From positions 4,357-68,356 of the forward strand of contig JAJTCO010000008.1 of NCBI GenBank assembly GCA_021323265.1: DNA of 64,000 bases. The letters are read 5' to 3'. Position 1 is the first letter of the stretch; each line of letters opens with the position of its first letter. The notes under the pieces are model-generated. The model was not told the DNA's origin, made no database searches, and saw nothing but the letters and a program-made list of their open reading frames with translations. A program made the position numbers and the translations under genes. This stretch comes from Pseudoduganella sp. (GTDB taxonomy: Bacteria; Pseudomonadota; Gammaproteobacteria; Burkholderiales; Burkholderiaceae_D). Positions 8,792 through 19,831 of the stretch are shown piece by piece.

Positions 8792-10087
8792 TCAGCTTTG
8801 CTTGGCGTCGTCGCCTTCGGTTGCCGGGTATGGGCGGTTGATCCACAGGATCCAGTAGCGCGCCAGGTCGGCACGGCCATCGGCGCCTTGCACGGTTTCC
8901 AGGATCTTGATCGCTTCTTCCTTCTTGCCGGCCATCGCGTAGGAGTAACCCAGGCGCAGCTTGGCGTCTTCCGCGTTCTTCAGGCCGCCCTTGGCGATGC
9001 CTTCCTGGATCAGGGCGATGCCCTTGTCAAACTGGCCCATGGTCACGAAAGCGTAACCCAGGTTGACCAGGCCGGTGCCGTTCTTGGCCTTGCGCGCCGA
9101 CGCTTCGGAAGCGGCAATGCTCTTGGTGTCGTCGGCCGCCTGCTTGTCCAGCTGCGCCTTCAGCTTCTTGACCTTGTCGGTCATCTTCACGGCGCCGTTG
9201 GCGATGCCGGCATCGAGCACGGCCTTGCCTTCGATGAACTGGCCTTCCAGCTGGTCCACTTCGGCCAGCTCGAGGTAGTCCTGCTCGTCCATCTTGGTGG
9301 TGGCGACCTTCTGCAGGCGGATGATGTCGGCCGAGAAGCGGGTCGAGTAGTTTTCCTTGCCGCGGGTGCGGTACAGCATGTCCGACCAGTAGCGGTCACG
9401 CGGATGCCAGCGCACCAGGCCTTCCAGGGCGGTCAGGTAGTTTTCCTTGTCCTTCAGGCGGTTCGAGGTGTCGGCCAGCATGTGCAGCTCTTCGCGCGAC
9501 ACGGGCTGGTTGTTCTGGATACCGTCCGCCACCTTCTTCAGCAGGTCGGCCTGCACGCCCTTGTAGTCGCCGGACTCGAAGCGGAACTGCATGATCTGGC
9601 GCGGCACTTTCGGATCACCCGTCAGTTCGCCGTACTTGCGCAGGTTTTCGATGACCTTCGGGTAGTTCTTCTCTTCCTGATAAGTGCCCGCCAGCGCCTG
9701 CAGGAACTTCGCCTTCTCGTCTTTTTCCAGACGGCCGGAATTGATCGTGTATTCCAGCATTTCCTTCAGCTTCGCCTTGTCGTTGGAGCTGACGGCGACG
9801 GCCAGGCGCATGCGATTGATGATGTACTGCTCGAAACCGGACTTGTTCGGTAGGGCGTCCGCCTGGTCCAGCAGGGCAGTCACTTCGGCGTACTTCTTCG
9901 CGTCCAGCAGCGGGGTCAGGACTTTACTGTCCAGGAACTTGTGCATCTCTTTACGCACAGTCTCCTGTTGTGCGCCGGCGATAGCCTGTTTGTCTTGCGC
10001 GTGGACGGTCTGGACCAGCGCTGGGGCGGCGCCCAGGCCGAGGGCTGCCAGCAGCAGGCCGATACGTGCGAAACGCTTTTGGGTCAT
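8792..10087 (-). CDS. Exported tetratricopeptide-repeat protein
   Basis: Signal peptide 'MTQKRFARIGLLLAALGLGAAPALVQTVHA'. Helical TPR-like repeats 'LGYAFVTMGQFDKGIALIQEGI', 'LGYSYAMAGKKEEAIKIL'. Confidence 0.75.
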   Translation of the reverse strand: MTQKRFARIGLLLAALGLGAAPALVQTVHAQDKQAIAGAQQETVRKEMHKFLDSKVLTPLLDAKKYAEVTALLDQADALPNKSGFEQYIINRMRLAVAVSSNDKAKLKEMLEYTINSGRLEKDEKAKFLQALAGTYQEEKNYPKVIENLRKYGELTGDPKVPRQIMQFRFESGDYKGVQADLLKKVADGIQNNQPVSREELHMLADTSNRLKDKENYLTALEGLVRWHPRDRYWSDMLYRTRGKENYSTRFSADIIRLQKVATTKMDEQDYLELAEVDQLEGQFIEGKAVLDAGIANGAVKMTDKVKKLKAQLDKQAADDTKSIAASEASARKAKNGTGLVNLGYAFVTMGQFDKGIALIQEGIAKGGLKNAEDAKLRLGYSYAMAGKKEEAIKILETVQGADGRADLARYWILWINRPYPATEGDDAKQS

Positions 10088-10182
10088 GGTAGGTGATCCT
10101 TCTTGTGGTTGAGGCAAACTTCTATTTTCCCATAATTTCGGCAGGGAGCCGGATTTCTGAAGTAGCCAATTGTAACGATTTC

Positions 10183-11280
<1,098 letters not shown>

Positions 11281-11281
11281 G

Positions 11282-12571
11282 TCAGGCCGCTTCCGGCACG
11301 GCGCCGCCGGTGCTCTTGTCGCGCGACTCCATCGGGATGAACTGCGACAGGATGGCCACCGGCACGGCGGCCAGCAGCACCCAGAGGAAGAAGTTCTGGT
11401 AGCCGATGGCCATCTGCACGTCGCCGCTGATCCAGCGGAACAGCACGAAACCCAGCTGCATGACGCCGGTGGAGAAGGCGTAGTGCGCGGTGGTGTACTT
11501 GCCCGGCGCCACCACCTGCATCATGTACAGGATCACACCGACGAAGCCGAAGCCGTAGCCGAACATCTCCACGCTGAGCGCCACGCCGATCAGGGTCAGG
11601 TCGGTGGGCAGGGCGTGCGACAGGTAATAGAACACCAGGTTGGGCAGGTTCATCGCCAGGATCAGGAACAGGATGGCGCGGCGCAGGGTGAGCCAGGAGG
11701 TGAAGTAGCCGCCCAGGATGGAGCCGATGATGAAGGCGATGGTGCCGGTGGTGCCGTACACGGCGCCCACTTCGGACGTGCTCAGTCCCAGGCCACCCGC
11801 TTCGCGCGCTTCGCGCAGGAACAGCGGGCCGATGGTCTGCACCTGGGCTTCCCCGGCGCGGAACAGGATGATGAACAGGATCGAGACCCAGATGCCGGGC
11901 TTGCGGAAGTAGTCGATGATCACTTCCTTGAGCGTGCCGGCCACGCCGCCGAAGGTATGGTCGTCCAGGCGCGCGTTGGGGCTGAGCGGCAGCGCCCAGG
12001 CGTTGTAGCCGCCCAGCGCGCACATGGTCAGGCCCAGGAGGCCGAACACGATGGTCCAGGCGGCCGTGATGCCCTGGGTCTTTTCCAGGTAGCCCGCCAG
12101 CATCAGCAGGCCGCCTTGGGCCAGGAAGCGCCCGGCGTTGAAGAAGGTGCCGATCCAGCCGGCATACTGCGCCTGCTGCTTCTCGCTCAGGCTGGCGATG
12201 TACAGGCCGTCGCAGGATATGTCATGGGTCGCCGAGGAGACCGAGGCCAGGAACAGCACGGCGATACAGGCGCTGAGCCAGAAGGGGAACTGCAAGGCCA
12301 GCGCCACCAGGCCGAGGCACACGCCGCACAGCACTTGCAGCGCCACCACCACGATCTTCTTGTTGGGCGCCAGTTCGAGGAAAGGGCTCCACAGCGGCTT
12401 GAAGATCCAGGCGCCGCCCAGCAGGGCGGCCCAGTGGCTGATCTCGGCGTTGCTCATGCCCATGCTTTTCATCATCTGGCCGAAGACGAGGGCGATGGCG
12501 AAGTAGGGCAGGCCCTGCGCCAGGTACAGCGTGGGAATCCACTTCAGCGGGGTGCGGCGAACGGCGTCCAT
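11282..12571 (-). CDS. AmpG-like MFS transporter
   Basis: '[13 protein letters not shown]', '[10 protein letters not shown]', '[12 protein letters not shown]'; about 12 TM segments. Confidence 0.85.
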   Translation of the reverse strand: MDAVRRTPLKWIPTLYLAQGLPYFAIALVFGQMMKSMGMSNAEISHWAALLGGAWIFKPLWSPFLELAPNKKIVVVALQVLCGVCLGLVALALQFPFWLSACIAVLFLASVSSATHDISCDGLYIASLSEKQQAQYAGWIGTFFNAGRFLAQGGLLMLAGYLEKTQGITAAWTIVFGLLGLTMCALGGYNAWALPLSPNARLDDHTFGGVAGTLKEVIIDYFRKPGIWVSILFIILFRAGEAQVQTIGPLFLREAREAGGLGLSTSEVGAVYGTTGTIAFIIGSILGGYFTSWLTLRRAILFLILAMNLPNLVFYYLSHALPTDLTLIGVALSVEMFGYGFGFVGVILYMMQVVAPGKYTTAHYAFSTGVMQLGFVLFRWISGDVQMAIGYQNFFLWVLLAAVPVAILSQFIPMESRDKSTGGAVPEAA

Positions 12572-12580
12572 CTTTTCTCC

Positions 12581-14068
12581 TTAGGCGAAGCCGGGAACCG
12601 GGCAGCGTCCGGTGGCTTCCAGTGCGCCCGACAGCCAGGCGTTGACGGCGTCCAGCGCCGGGGCGGCGAAGCCGTAGGTCATCAGGGCCGGGGCCTGGAT
12701 GTCGAGCGCCTGATATGGATTCCACAGGGCCAGGTGCAGGTCCGGCTTCCAGTGCCGGCGCGCGTTCTCGCCGTAGCGCAGGCGCGAGGTGGAGGCCAGC
12801 ACGGTGAAGCGGCCATCCTGCGGCAGCGCGGACCAGTCGAAGGTGGCCGCATCGGCGAAGGTAAGCAGTTCCACGTCGTACAGCTTGCCCAGCGAGGCGG
12901 CCACCGTGGCGGCCGGCACGCCGGCTTCGGACACGCCGTCGCTCACCACGTCCTGGCGCACCACCAGGCGCACCTTGGCGCCGGGCGCCGGGCGCTGCGG
13001 GTTGCCACGTGCGGTCAGGCCGCGGCGCCAGCCCTCGGCCATGATGGCGCGGTCGGCCGCGTCCTCCTTGTACGAGCGTTGCTGGCAGGGATAGGCCAGG
13101 GCCAGCGCGTTCAGGCGCGCCAGCCGCTCCTCCACGGCGGCCTGGCTCAGCGAGCCGTCGGCCAGGGCGGCGGCGATGGCGTCCAGCGTTTCGTTCTGCG
13201 TGTCGGTAGTGCCCAGGGCCATCACCATGTCGGCCCCGGCCAGCAGGGCGCGCACGGCGGCGTTGCCCACGCCGTAGCGGCCGGCGATGGCGTGCATGTC
13301 CATGCCGTCGGTGATGATCACGCCCTGGTAGCCCCACTGCCGGCGCAGGATGCCGTCCAGGATGGCGGGCGACATGGTGGCCGGATTGTCGGCGTCGATT
13401 GCCGGGTAGACGATGTGCGCGGTCATCATGGCCGGCGCCACGGGGGCGGCGGCGCGGAACGGCGCCAGTTCCAGCGCGTCGAGCTCGGGCAGCGCCTTGT
13501 CCACGGTCGGCAGGTCGCGGTGCGAGTCGACGTGGGTGTCGCCGTGCCCGGGAAAGTGCTTCACGCAGCACGCAACGCCTTCGGCATGGCTGCCGGCCAT
13601 CCAGGCCATGGCCAGTTGCACCGCGCGCGTGGGTTCGGCGCCGAAGGAGCGCTCGGCGATCACCGGGTTGTCCGGATTGTTGTTCAGGTCCAGCACCGGG
13701 GCGAAGTTCCAGTTGAAGCCCAGCGACTTGGCGGCGCGCGCCACGGCGGCGCCGGTGCGGTAGGCCAGGTCCGGGTCGTCGGCGGCGCCCAGGCCCATGG
13801 CGGCCGGCGGCGCGGGCACCCAGGTCGAGCGCACCACGGCGCCGCCTTCCTGGTCGATCGCGATCAGGGCGTGCGGTCCCATCGCCTCGCGCAGGTCGGC
13901 GGTCAGTTTCCCCAGTTGCGCCGAGTCGGTCATGTTGCCGCGGAACAGGCACACGCCGCGGATGCCGTTGTCGCGGATGAAGTCGGCCATCGCCGGTTCC
14001 AGCACGGTGCCGGGGAAGCGGATCATGATCAGTTGTCCCGCGATTTTTCGAAGTTCTTGTGTGCTCAT
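12581..14068 (-). CDS. nagZ: GH3 beta-N-acetylhexosaminidase
   Basis: 'IAIDQEGG', 'NFAPVLD', 'KHFPGHGDTHVDSH', 'MMTAHI', 'IITDGMDM'. The true start MSTQEL at 14068 overlaps the upstream stop. Confidence 0.9.
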   Translation of the reverse strand: MSTQELRKIAGQLIMIRFPGTVLEPAMADFIRDNGIRGVCLFRGNMTDSAQLGKLTADLREAMGPHALIAIDQEGGAVVRSTWVPAPPAAMGLGAADDPDLAYRTGAAVARAAKSLGFNWNFAPVLDLNNNPDNPVIAERSFGAEPTRAVQLAMAWMAGSHAEGVACCVKHFPGHGDTHVDSHRDLPTVDKALPELDALELAPFRAAAPVAPAMMTAHIVYPAIDADNPATMSPAILDGILRRQWGYQGVIITDGMDMHAIAGRYGVGNAAVRALLAGADMVMALGTTDTQNETLDAIAAALADGSLSQAAVEERLARLNALALAYPCQQRSYKEDAADRAIMAEGWRRGLTARGNPQRPAPGAKVRLVVRQDVVSDGVSEAGVPAATVAASLGKLYDVELLTFADAATFDWSALPQDGRFTVLASTSRLRYGENARRHWKPDLHLALWNPYQALDIQAPALMTYGFAAPALDAVNAWLSGALEATGRCPVPGFA

Positions 14069-14868
14069 TTGACTGCTCCGTCCATGCCGCGCATGAAGTA
14101 ACGTTGGGTGAATAGGAATGCCGCCAGGGTCGGCACGATAGTGATGATGGTCCCCGCCGCAATGACGCGCGTGCTGCTGCCGAAGGTGCCGCGCAGGTAC
14201 AGCACGCCCACCGAGAGCGGGAATTCGTCCGGCTTGCTCATGACGATGGAAGGCCAGATGTATTCGTTCCAGGCCTCGACGGCGGTCAGGATGCCGACCG
14301 TGGCAAGCCAGGGCGCGATCAGCGGCAGCATGATCCTGGTGAAAATGGTCCATTCCGAGGCGCCGTCCACGCGCGCCGCGTCGACCAGGTCTTGCGGCAC
14401 TTCCTCGAACGCCTGCTTGAGCAGCAGGATCGCCACCGCGTTCACCACGTTGGGCAGGATCACGCCGGAATAGGTGTCGACCAGGCCCAGCTCCGTCACC
14501 GTGATGAAGTTGACCAGGAAGTTCACTTCGGACGGCAGCACCATGGTGGCCACGATCAGCCCGAACACCAGCTTGCGCCCCTTGAAGTGCAGGCGCGCCA
14601 GCGGATAGGCGGCCATGGAGCACAGCACCAGCTTCCAGATCACGGTAAACACCGTGATCAGGATGGAGTTCTTGAGGAAGGACCAGATGGGGATGACGCG
14701 CAACACTTCCGCGAAGTTTTCCAGCGACGGCTCGCGCGGCCAGAAGGTCGGCGGGAAGGCGAAGATGTTGCCTTCGGTGGACAGCGCCGTCACCAGCGTC
14801 CACCAGAACGGGAAGATGCACAGCAGGGCGATCGCCGCCAGCAGCAGGTAGTGGACGGCCTTTTTCAT
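14065..14868 (-). CDS. Carbohydrate ABC transporter permease
   Basis: EAA motif 'EEVPQDLVDAARVDGASEW'; TM helices. Confidence 0.92.
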   Translation of the reverse strand: MKKAVHYLLLAAIALLCIFPFWWTLVTALSTEGNIFAFPPTFWPREPSLENFAEVLRVIPIWSFLKNSILITVFTVIWKLVLCSMAAYPLARLHFKGRKLVFGLIVATMVLPSEVNFLVNFITVTELGLVDTYSGVILPNVVNAVAILLLKQAFEEVPQDLVDAARVDGASEWTIFTRIMLPLIAPWLATVGILTAVEAWNEYIWPSIVMSKPDEFPLSVGVLYLRGTFGSSTRVIAAGTIITIVPTLAAFLFTQRYFMRGMDGAVK

Positions 14869-15704
14869 CGGTGCTTCGGCTTCAGGTAGCGCAGGCAAAG
14901 CAGGGCGATGCCGATGCAGATCAGGGAGACGATGAAGCTGGCGGCCAGGGCGCGCGGCAGCTTCAGGTGCTTCAGGCCCTGGTCATAGGCGTAGTACAGG
15001 GCGGTGAAGGTGGAGTTCATCGGACCGCCCTGGGTCAGTACGTCCACTTCCTGGTACGCCTTGAGCGCGCCCAGGACGGACAGGATGGTGCAGACCATGA
15101 TGGTGGGGCGCAGCATCGGCACGGTGATGTGCCAGAAGCGCTGCCAGCGCGTGGCGCCGTCGAGGATGGCGGCTTCCTGCATCTCCTGCGGGACCGACTG
15201 CAGGGCGGCCAGGTACATCACCATGTACCAGCCCAGGCCGCGCCACAGCGTCACGAACATGATGGCGGCCAGGGCGAAGGTATCGTCCTGCAGCCAGCCG
15301 ATGCGCGTGCCGAGGATGTAGTTCAAGGCGCCCTGTTCGTGGAACATGAAGCCCCACATGATGCCCACGACCGACACCGTGGTCACCACCGGCACGTAGT
15401 AGGCGGCGCGGAACAGGCGGATGCCGGGCAACTGGTTGTTCACCAGGACCGCCAGCGCGATGGCGCCAAGCTGCACGCAGGGCACGATCAGGAGGAAGAC
15501 CAGGGAATTCTTCAGGCCGGTGACGAACATCTCGTTATCGAAGATGTAGCGGAAGTTGTCCAGCCCGACCCAGTGCGTGTCGCGCACCAGCGAGAAGTCG
15601 GTAAATGCCAGCACCGAGCCAAACAGCACCGGCCAGAAGGCGAACAGCGCCAGCAGCGCCAGGGCGGGCGCCAGGAACAGCCAGGCCGCCAGCGAACGCT
15701 TCAT
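14865..15704 (-). CDS. Carbohydrate ABC transporter permease
   Basis: 'WVGLDNF', EAA motif 'EMQEAAILDGATRWQRFWHITVPML'. Confidence 0.92.
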   Translation of the reverse strand: MKRSLAAWLFLAPALALLALFAFWPVLFGSVLAFTDFSLVRDTHWVGLDNFRYIFDNEMFVTGLKNSLVFLLIVPCVQLGAIALAVLVNNQLPGIRLFRAAYYVPVVTTVSVVGIMWGFMFHEQGALNYILGTRIGWLQDDTFALAAIMFVTLWRGLGWYMVMYLAALQSVPQEMQEAAILDGATRWQRFWHITVPMLRPTIMVCTILSVLGALKAYQEVDVLTQGGPMNSTFTALYYAYDQGLKHLKLPRALAASFIVSLICIGIALLCLRYLKPKHR

Positions 15705-16963
15705 GGCGCCCCCGGCTTCAGTTTGCGGTTCCAGATGGCTACGGCGGCGTCGAGCGCCTGCCCGATGTCCTGCCGCCCGGTGACGCCGGCTTCGACTGCC
15801 TTCACCAGTGAGCGGCGCAGTTCGTCGTAGTCTTCGACGCCGGCCACGTACATGGTGCGCGAGTGCGGCATCGAGACCGCGCCGGCGGCGACGGCCTTTT
15901 CGGCGGCGCCCGCGTTGGGCGGGACTGCGGTAAAGAACGGGTCGTTGGCCGCCTGCGCGGAGGCGGGAAAGACGCTGGCCTGGCGCGCGAACGCCAGCTG
16001 GTTCTCGTCGCTGGTGAGAAAGCGCGCGAACTTGCCGATGCCGGGCAAGTCCTTGGCCGCAACGCGCGCCGGCACGCCGAAGTGGATCAGCCATCCGCCG
16101 TCTGCAATGCCGGTCGGCCCTAGCGGGGCTGGCGCCACGTCGGTGATGGCGTACACGTCGCGTGCGTCGGCCTGGATGCGCTTGAGTGCCGTGGGGGGCG
16201 CCAGCAGCATGCCCAGGCGGCCGCTCTTGTAGGCTTCCACGGCGGGCGGGAAGTTGTCTTCGGCGAACAGGCCATCCTTCAGCAGGCCGCCGGCGCGGTA
16301 GGTGTCGGCCAGCTTGCGCACGAAGGCGACGTGGGCGGGCGAATTGAACACCGCCCTGCCGCCCGCCAGTACCGGCAAGCCTTGCTGCAGCATTAGTCCA
16401 TCGACCTTGGACAGGGCAGGGCACAGCCCGGCCTTGCCGGTGCGCTGGGCGATCTGCCGGGCGAAGGCCAGTTGTTCGTCGAGGTTGCGCGGCGCATGCG
16501 CAATGCCCGCTGCGCGGAAGAGCTCACGGTTGTAGGCGATCACCGCGACATTGCTGTACATCGGGAAGCCGTAGGTCTTGCCGTTGAAGGACAGGTCTTT
16601 CAGGGCGCTGGGCAGGTAGCGCGCGCGCTCGCTCCCGAGCAGGGCGTCGACCGGCGTCAGCAGGCCGTCGCGGGCGAATTCCTCGGCCCATGGGACGTTC
16701 AGGTTGACCAGCGCCGGCGGCTTGCCGGCCACGATGCGCGTGACCAGCTTGGTCTGGATGATGTCCCACGGGAAGTCGACCCATTCGATGCGCACGCCGG
16801 GATTGGCGGCTTCGTAGCGGCGCACCACGTCTTCGAAGTAGGGCGTGAAGCGCGGCTTCATGCTGAAGGTCCAGAACTCGATGCTCTGCTGCGCTGCGGC
16901 TTGCGTGGCCGGCGCGGCGCCCGCGATGGCCATCAATGCAGCTAGCAGGAGACTGTTCTTCAT
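15701..16963 (-). CDS. Sugar ABC transporter substrate-binding protein
   Basis: Signal peptide; SBP_bac_1-like 'NGKTYGFPMY...YNRELFRAAG'. Confidence 0.9.
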   Translation of the reverse strand: MKNSLLLAALMAIAGAAPATQAAAQQSIEFWTFSMKPRFTPYFEDVVRRYEAANPGVRIEWVDFPWDIIQTKLVTRIVAGKPPALVNLNVPWAEEFARDGLLTPVDALLGSERARYLPSALKDLSFNGKTYGFPMYSNVAVIAYNRELFRAAGIAHAPRNLDEQLAFARQIAQRTGKAGLCPALSKVDGLMLQQGLPVLAGGRAVFNSPAHVAFVRKLADTYRAGGLLKDGLFAEDNFPPAVEAYKSGRLGMLLAPPTALKRIQADARDVYAITDVAPAPLGPTGIADGGWLIHFGVPARVAAKDLPGIGKFARFLTSDENQLAFARQASVFPASAQAANDPFFTAVPPNAGAAEKAVAAGAVSMPHSRTMYVAGVEDYDELRRSLVKAVEAGVTGRQDIGQALDAAVAIWNRKLKPGAP

Positions 16964-16981
16964 CGATGGCCGCGCGCTGGG

Positions 16982-18004
16982 TCAGTGGGTCTTGGTGACT
17001 TTGTTCAGGTGGCGCGGACGGTCCGGGTCCAGGCCGCGCGCTGCCGACAGCTTGGCCGCCATCACGTAGAAGGCCTGGATCGCAACGATCGGGTCCAGGT
17101 CCGGCGTGGCGGCAACGGGCAGGGTCAGGTCGCGCTGCGCCACGTCGTCCGGCGCGGCCAGCAGCACGCGCGCACCGCGGCCGCGCATCTCTTCGGCCAG
17201 CGCCAGCAGGCCGGCCTGGGTCGGGCCGCGCGTGGCGAAGATCAGCAGCGGATAGCCTTCGTCGATCAGCGCCATCGGGCCGTGCTTGATCTCCGCGCCG
17301 GAGAAGGCCTCCGCCTGCAGCGCCGAGGTTTCCTTGAATTTCAGCGAAGCTTCCAGTGCGACCGGGAAGCTGATGCCGCGCCCGACCACCATGATGTTGC
17401 GCGCCGGGGCCAGCACTTCCAGTGCGGGCGACCAATCGGTATTGCAGGCGGCGCGCAGGGCGTCGGGCAGGGCGGCCAGGCCGTCCAGCAGCTCGGGATC
17501 GTTCTGCCAGTGCGCCACCAGGCGCGCCCCGGCCACCAGCGAGGTAATGAAGCTCTTGGTCGCGGCGACGCTCTGCTCCTTGCCCGCGCGCAGCGGCATG
17601 GCCCATTCGGCGGCGTGCGCCAGGGGCGAATCGGCATCGTTGACGAGGGCCACGGTGGTGGCGCCGCCATCGCGGAAGTAGCGGATCGGTTCCACCACGT
17701 CAGGGCTCTGGCCCGATTGCGAGACGGCGATGGTCAGCGTGTCGCGCGTGATCAGCGGCGACTTGTGCAGCGTCACCAGCGACATCGGCAGCGAAGCGAC
17801 CACGCGGCCCAGGCGCGACATGATCAGGTAGGCGATGTAGTTGCAGGCGTGGTCCGAGCTGCCGCGTGCCACGGTCAGCGCGGAGGTGAACGGAGTGCTC
17901 CTCAGTTTGCGGCCCAGTTCCGCGTAGCGGTCGGTGTCTTGCGCCAACTGCTGTTCCACGCAGTCGGCGGCAGACAGGGCTTCTTTAAGCATCATTGAGG
18001 TCAC
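16982..18004 (-). CDS. SIS-domain glucosamine-6-phosphate deaminase (NagB-II type)
   Basis: 'ARGSSDHA', 'SQSGQSPD', 'SVAATKSF', 'LKFKETS', 'EIKHGP', 'HLNKVTKT'. GTG start at 18004, alternative ATG at 17995. Confidence 0.88.
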   Translation of the reverse strand: MTSMMLKEALSAADCVEQQLAQDTDRYAELGRKLRSTPFTSALTVARGSSDHACNYIAYLIMSRLGRVVASLPMSLVTLHKSPLITRDTLTIAVSQSGQSPDVVEPIRYFRDGGATTVALVNDADSPLAHAAEWAMPLRAGKEQSVAATKSFITSLVAGARLVAHWQNDPELLDGLAALPDALRAACNTDWSPALEVLAPARNIMVVGRGISFPVALEASLKFKETSALQAEAFSGAEIKHGPMALIDEGYPLLIFATRGPTQAGLLALAEEMRGRGARVLLAAPDDVAQRDLTLPVAATPDLDPIVAIQAFYVMAAKLSAARGLDPDRPRHLNKVTKTH

Positions 18005-19097
18005 AACGTTCTCCTTCGATATAAACGGCTTTGAGTTTCAGGTCCCGGTCCATCACGACCAGGTCGGCATAAGCGCCGCGTGCCAGGCGGCCGCGGTCCT
18101 GCAGGCCGAGGTAGTCGGCCGCATGGGTGGAAACTCGTTTGGAGGCGTCGGCCAGGTCCAGGCCCAGCCCGACCAGGTTGCGCAGGGCCTGGTCCAGCGT
18201 CAGCGTGGACCCGGCCAGCGTGCCGTCGGGCAGGCGCACGCCGCCCATGCACTTGTGCACGATGTGGCGGCCCAGCATGTACTCGCCGTCCGGCATGCCG
18301 GTGGCGGCGGTGGAGTCGGTCACGCAGTACAGGCGCGGGATGGCGCGCAGCGCGCCCTTGATGGCGCCCGGATGCACGTGCAGCAGGTCGGGAATCAGTT
18401 CGGCGAACTCGGCGTGGGCCAGCGCGGCGCCGACCATGCCCGGTTCGCGGTGGTGTAGGCCGCTCATGGCATTGAACAGGTGGGTAAAGCCGGTGGCGCC
18501 GTGTTCCAGCGCGGCCACGCCTTCCTCGTAGGAGCCGAGCGTGTGGCCGATCTGCACGCGCACGCCGTGGCCGGCCAGGTCGCGCACCAGTTCCAGGTGG
18601 CCGGAAATCTCCGGCGCCACGGTGATCACGCGCAGCGGGGCCAATTGCTCCAGGCGGTGCACTTCGCCGAGCGTGGCGGCACGCGCATAGTTGGGCTGGG
18701 CGCCGAGCTTGCCGCTGTTGATATACGGCCCCTCCAGGTGGGCGCCCAGCACGCGCGCCTCGCCCTTGCCGCGCTGGCGCACGGCCTTGCCGATGGCCGC
18801 CAGCGCCAGTTCGATGTCTTCCGGCGGCGCCGTCATGGTGGTGGCCAGCATGGCGGTCGTGCCGTGGCGGGCGTGGAGGGCGGCAATGGCGTGCACGCTG
18901 TCGCCGCCTTCCATCACGTCCTTGCCGGCGCCGCCATGCACGTGCAGGTCGATGAAGCCGGGCAGGATATAGTCGTCGCCGTTGTGCTGCGGGTCGGTGC
19001 TGCTGCCGACGACGTCCGCGATGCGCTCGCCGAAACTGATGGTGCCGTTCAGCCAGCCCGACGGGGTCAGGATATTGCCTGTGATTGCCTGGTTCAT
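17985..19097 (-). CDS. nagA: N-acetylglucosamine-6-phosphate deacetylase
   Basis: 'PGFIDLHVHG', 'HLEGPY', 'THLFNAM', 'LAGSTLT'. Confidence 0.95.
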   Translation of the reverse strand: MNQAITGNILTPSGWLNGTISFGERIADVVGSSTDPQHNGDDYILPGFIDLHVHGGAGKDVMEGGDSVHAIAALHARHGTTAMLATTMTAPPEDIELALAAIGKAVRQRGKGEARVLGAHLEGPYINSGKLGAQPNYARAATLGEVHRLEQLAPLRVITVAPEISGHLELVRDLAGHGVRVQIGHTLGSYEEGVAALEHGATGFTHLFNAMSGLHHREPGMVGAALAHAEFAELIPDLLHVHPGAIKGALRAIPRLYCVTDSTAATGMPDGEYMLGRHIVHKCMGGVRLPDGTLAGSTLTLDQALRNLVGLGLDLADASKRVSTHAADYLGLQDRGRLARGAYADLVVMDRDLKLKAVYIEGERCDLNDA

Positions 19098-19828
19098 CGA
19101 CGCGACTCCGCTACAAATTCATAATAGTCACTCCGGCAGAAGGAGTGGGTCAATTCCACCGCCGCGCCACTTTCCAGGTAGCTCACGCGCGTAATGTGCA
19201 GCATGGCGGTGCCCGTGGCGATATTGGCCAGGCGCGCCTGCTCGGCGTTGGCATTGATGGCGCGGATGTGCTGCAGCGCGCGCATCGGCACGTTGCCGTT
19301 CGCCTCCAGGTAGCCGTACAGCGAGCCGCTCACGGTGGCGGGATCAGGCATGTAGGTGGCGGGAATGGTCGAGGTTTCGATCGCCATCACCACGTCGTCC
19401 GCCGTGCGCAGGCGCTTCAGGCGGGCCACCGGCATGTTCGGCGACAGGCCCAGCGACAGCAGTTCCAGCGGCGCCGCCACGCCGATCTCGCGCTGCAGCC
19501 AGCGCGAGCCGGCGGTAAAGCCGCGCTGGCGCAGCTCTTCCGAGAAGCTGGTCAGGCGCGACAGCGGTTGCTCCAGCTTGGGCGTGATGTAGGTGCCCGA
19601 GCCGCGGCGCCGCGTCAGCATGCCGCGCGCGCACAGCATGTCGATCGCCTTGCGCGCCGTCACGCGCGAGATCGTGAGCATTTCCGACAGCACGCGTTCG
19701 GATGGCAGCGCTTCATTCGCGCGCCAGTCGCCGCTCGCAATGCCGTCGGACAGCTTGTTCGCCAACTGCATGTACAGAGGGGTGTCGCTGTCGGCGTCGG
19801 GCCGGAAATCGCTCAACTGGGAAAGCAC
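19094..19828 (-). CDS. GntR/HutC-family regulator (NagQ-like)
   Basis: 'PLYMQL...LPSERVL...ISRVTARKA...GSGTYI' plus a UTRA domain; located inside the nag operon. Confidence 0.9.
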   Translation of the reverse strand: MLSQLSDFRPDADSDTPLYMQLANKLSDGIASGDWRANEALPSERVLSEMLTISRVTARKAIDMLCARGMLTRRRGSGTYITPKLEQPLSRLTSFSEELRQRGFTAGSRWLQREIGVAAPLELLSLGLSPNMPVARLKRLRTADDVVMAIETSTIPATYMPDPATVSGSLYGYLEANGNVPMRALQHIRAINANAEQARLANIATGTAMLHITRVSYLESGAAVELTHSFCRSDYYEFVAESRR

Positions 19829-19831
19829 GGG

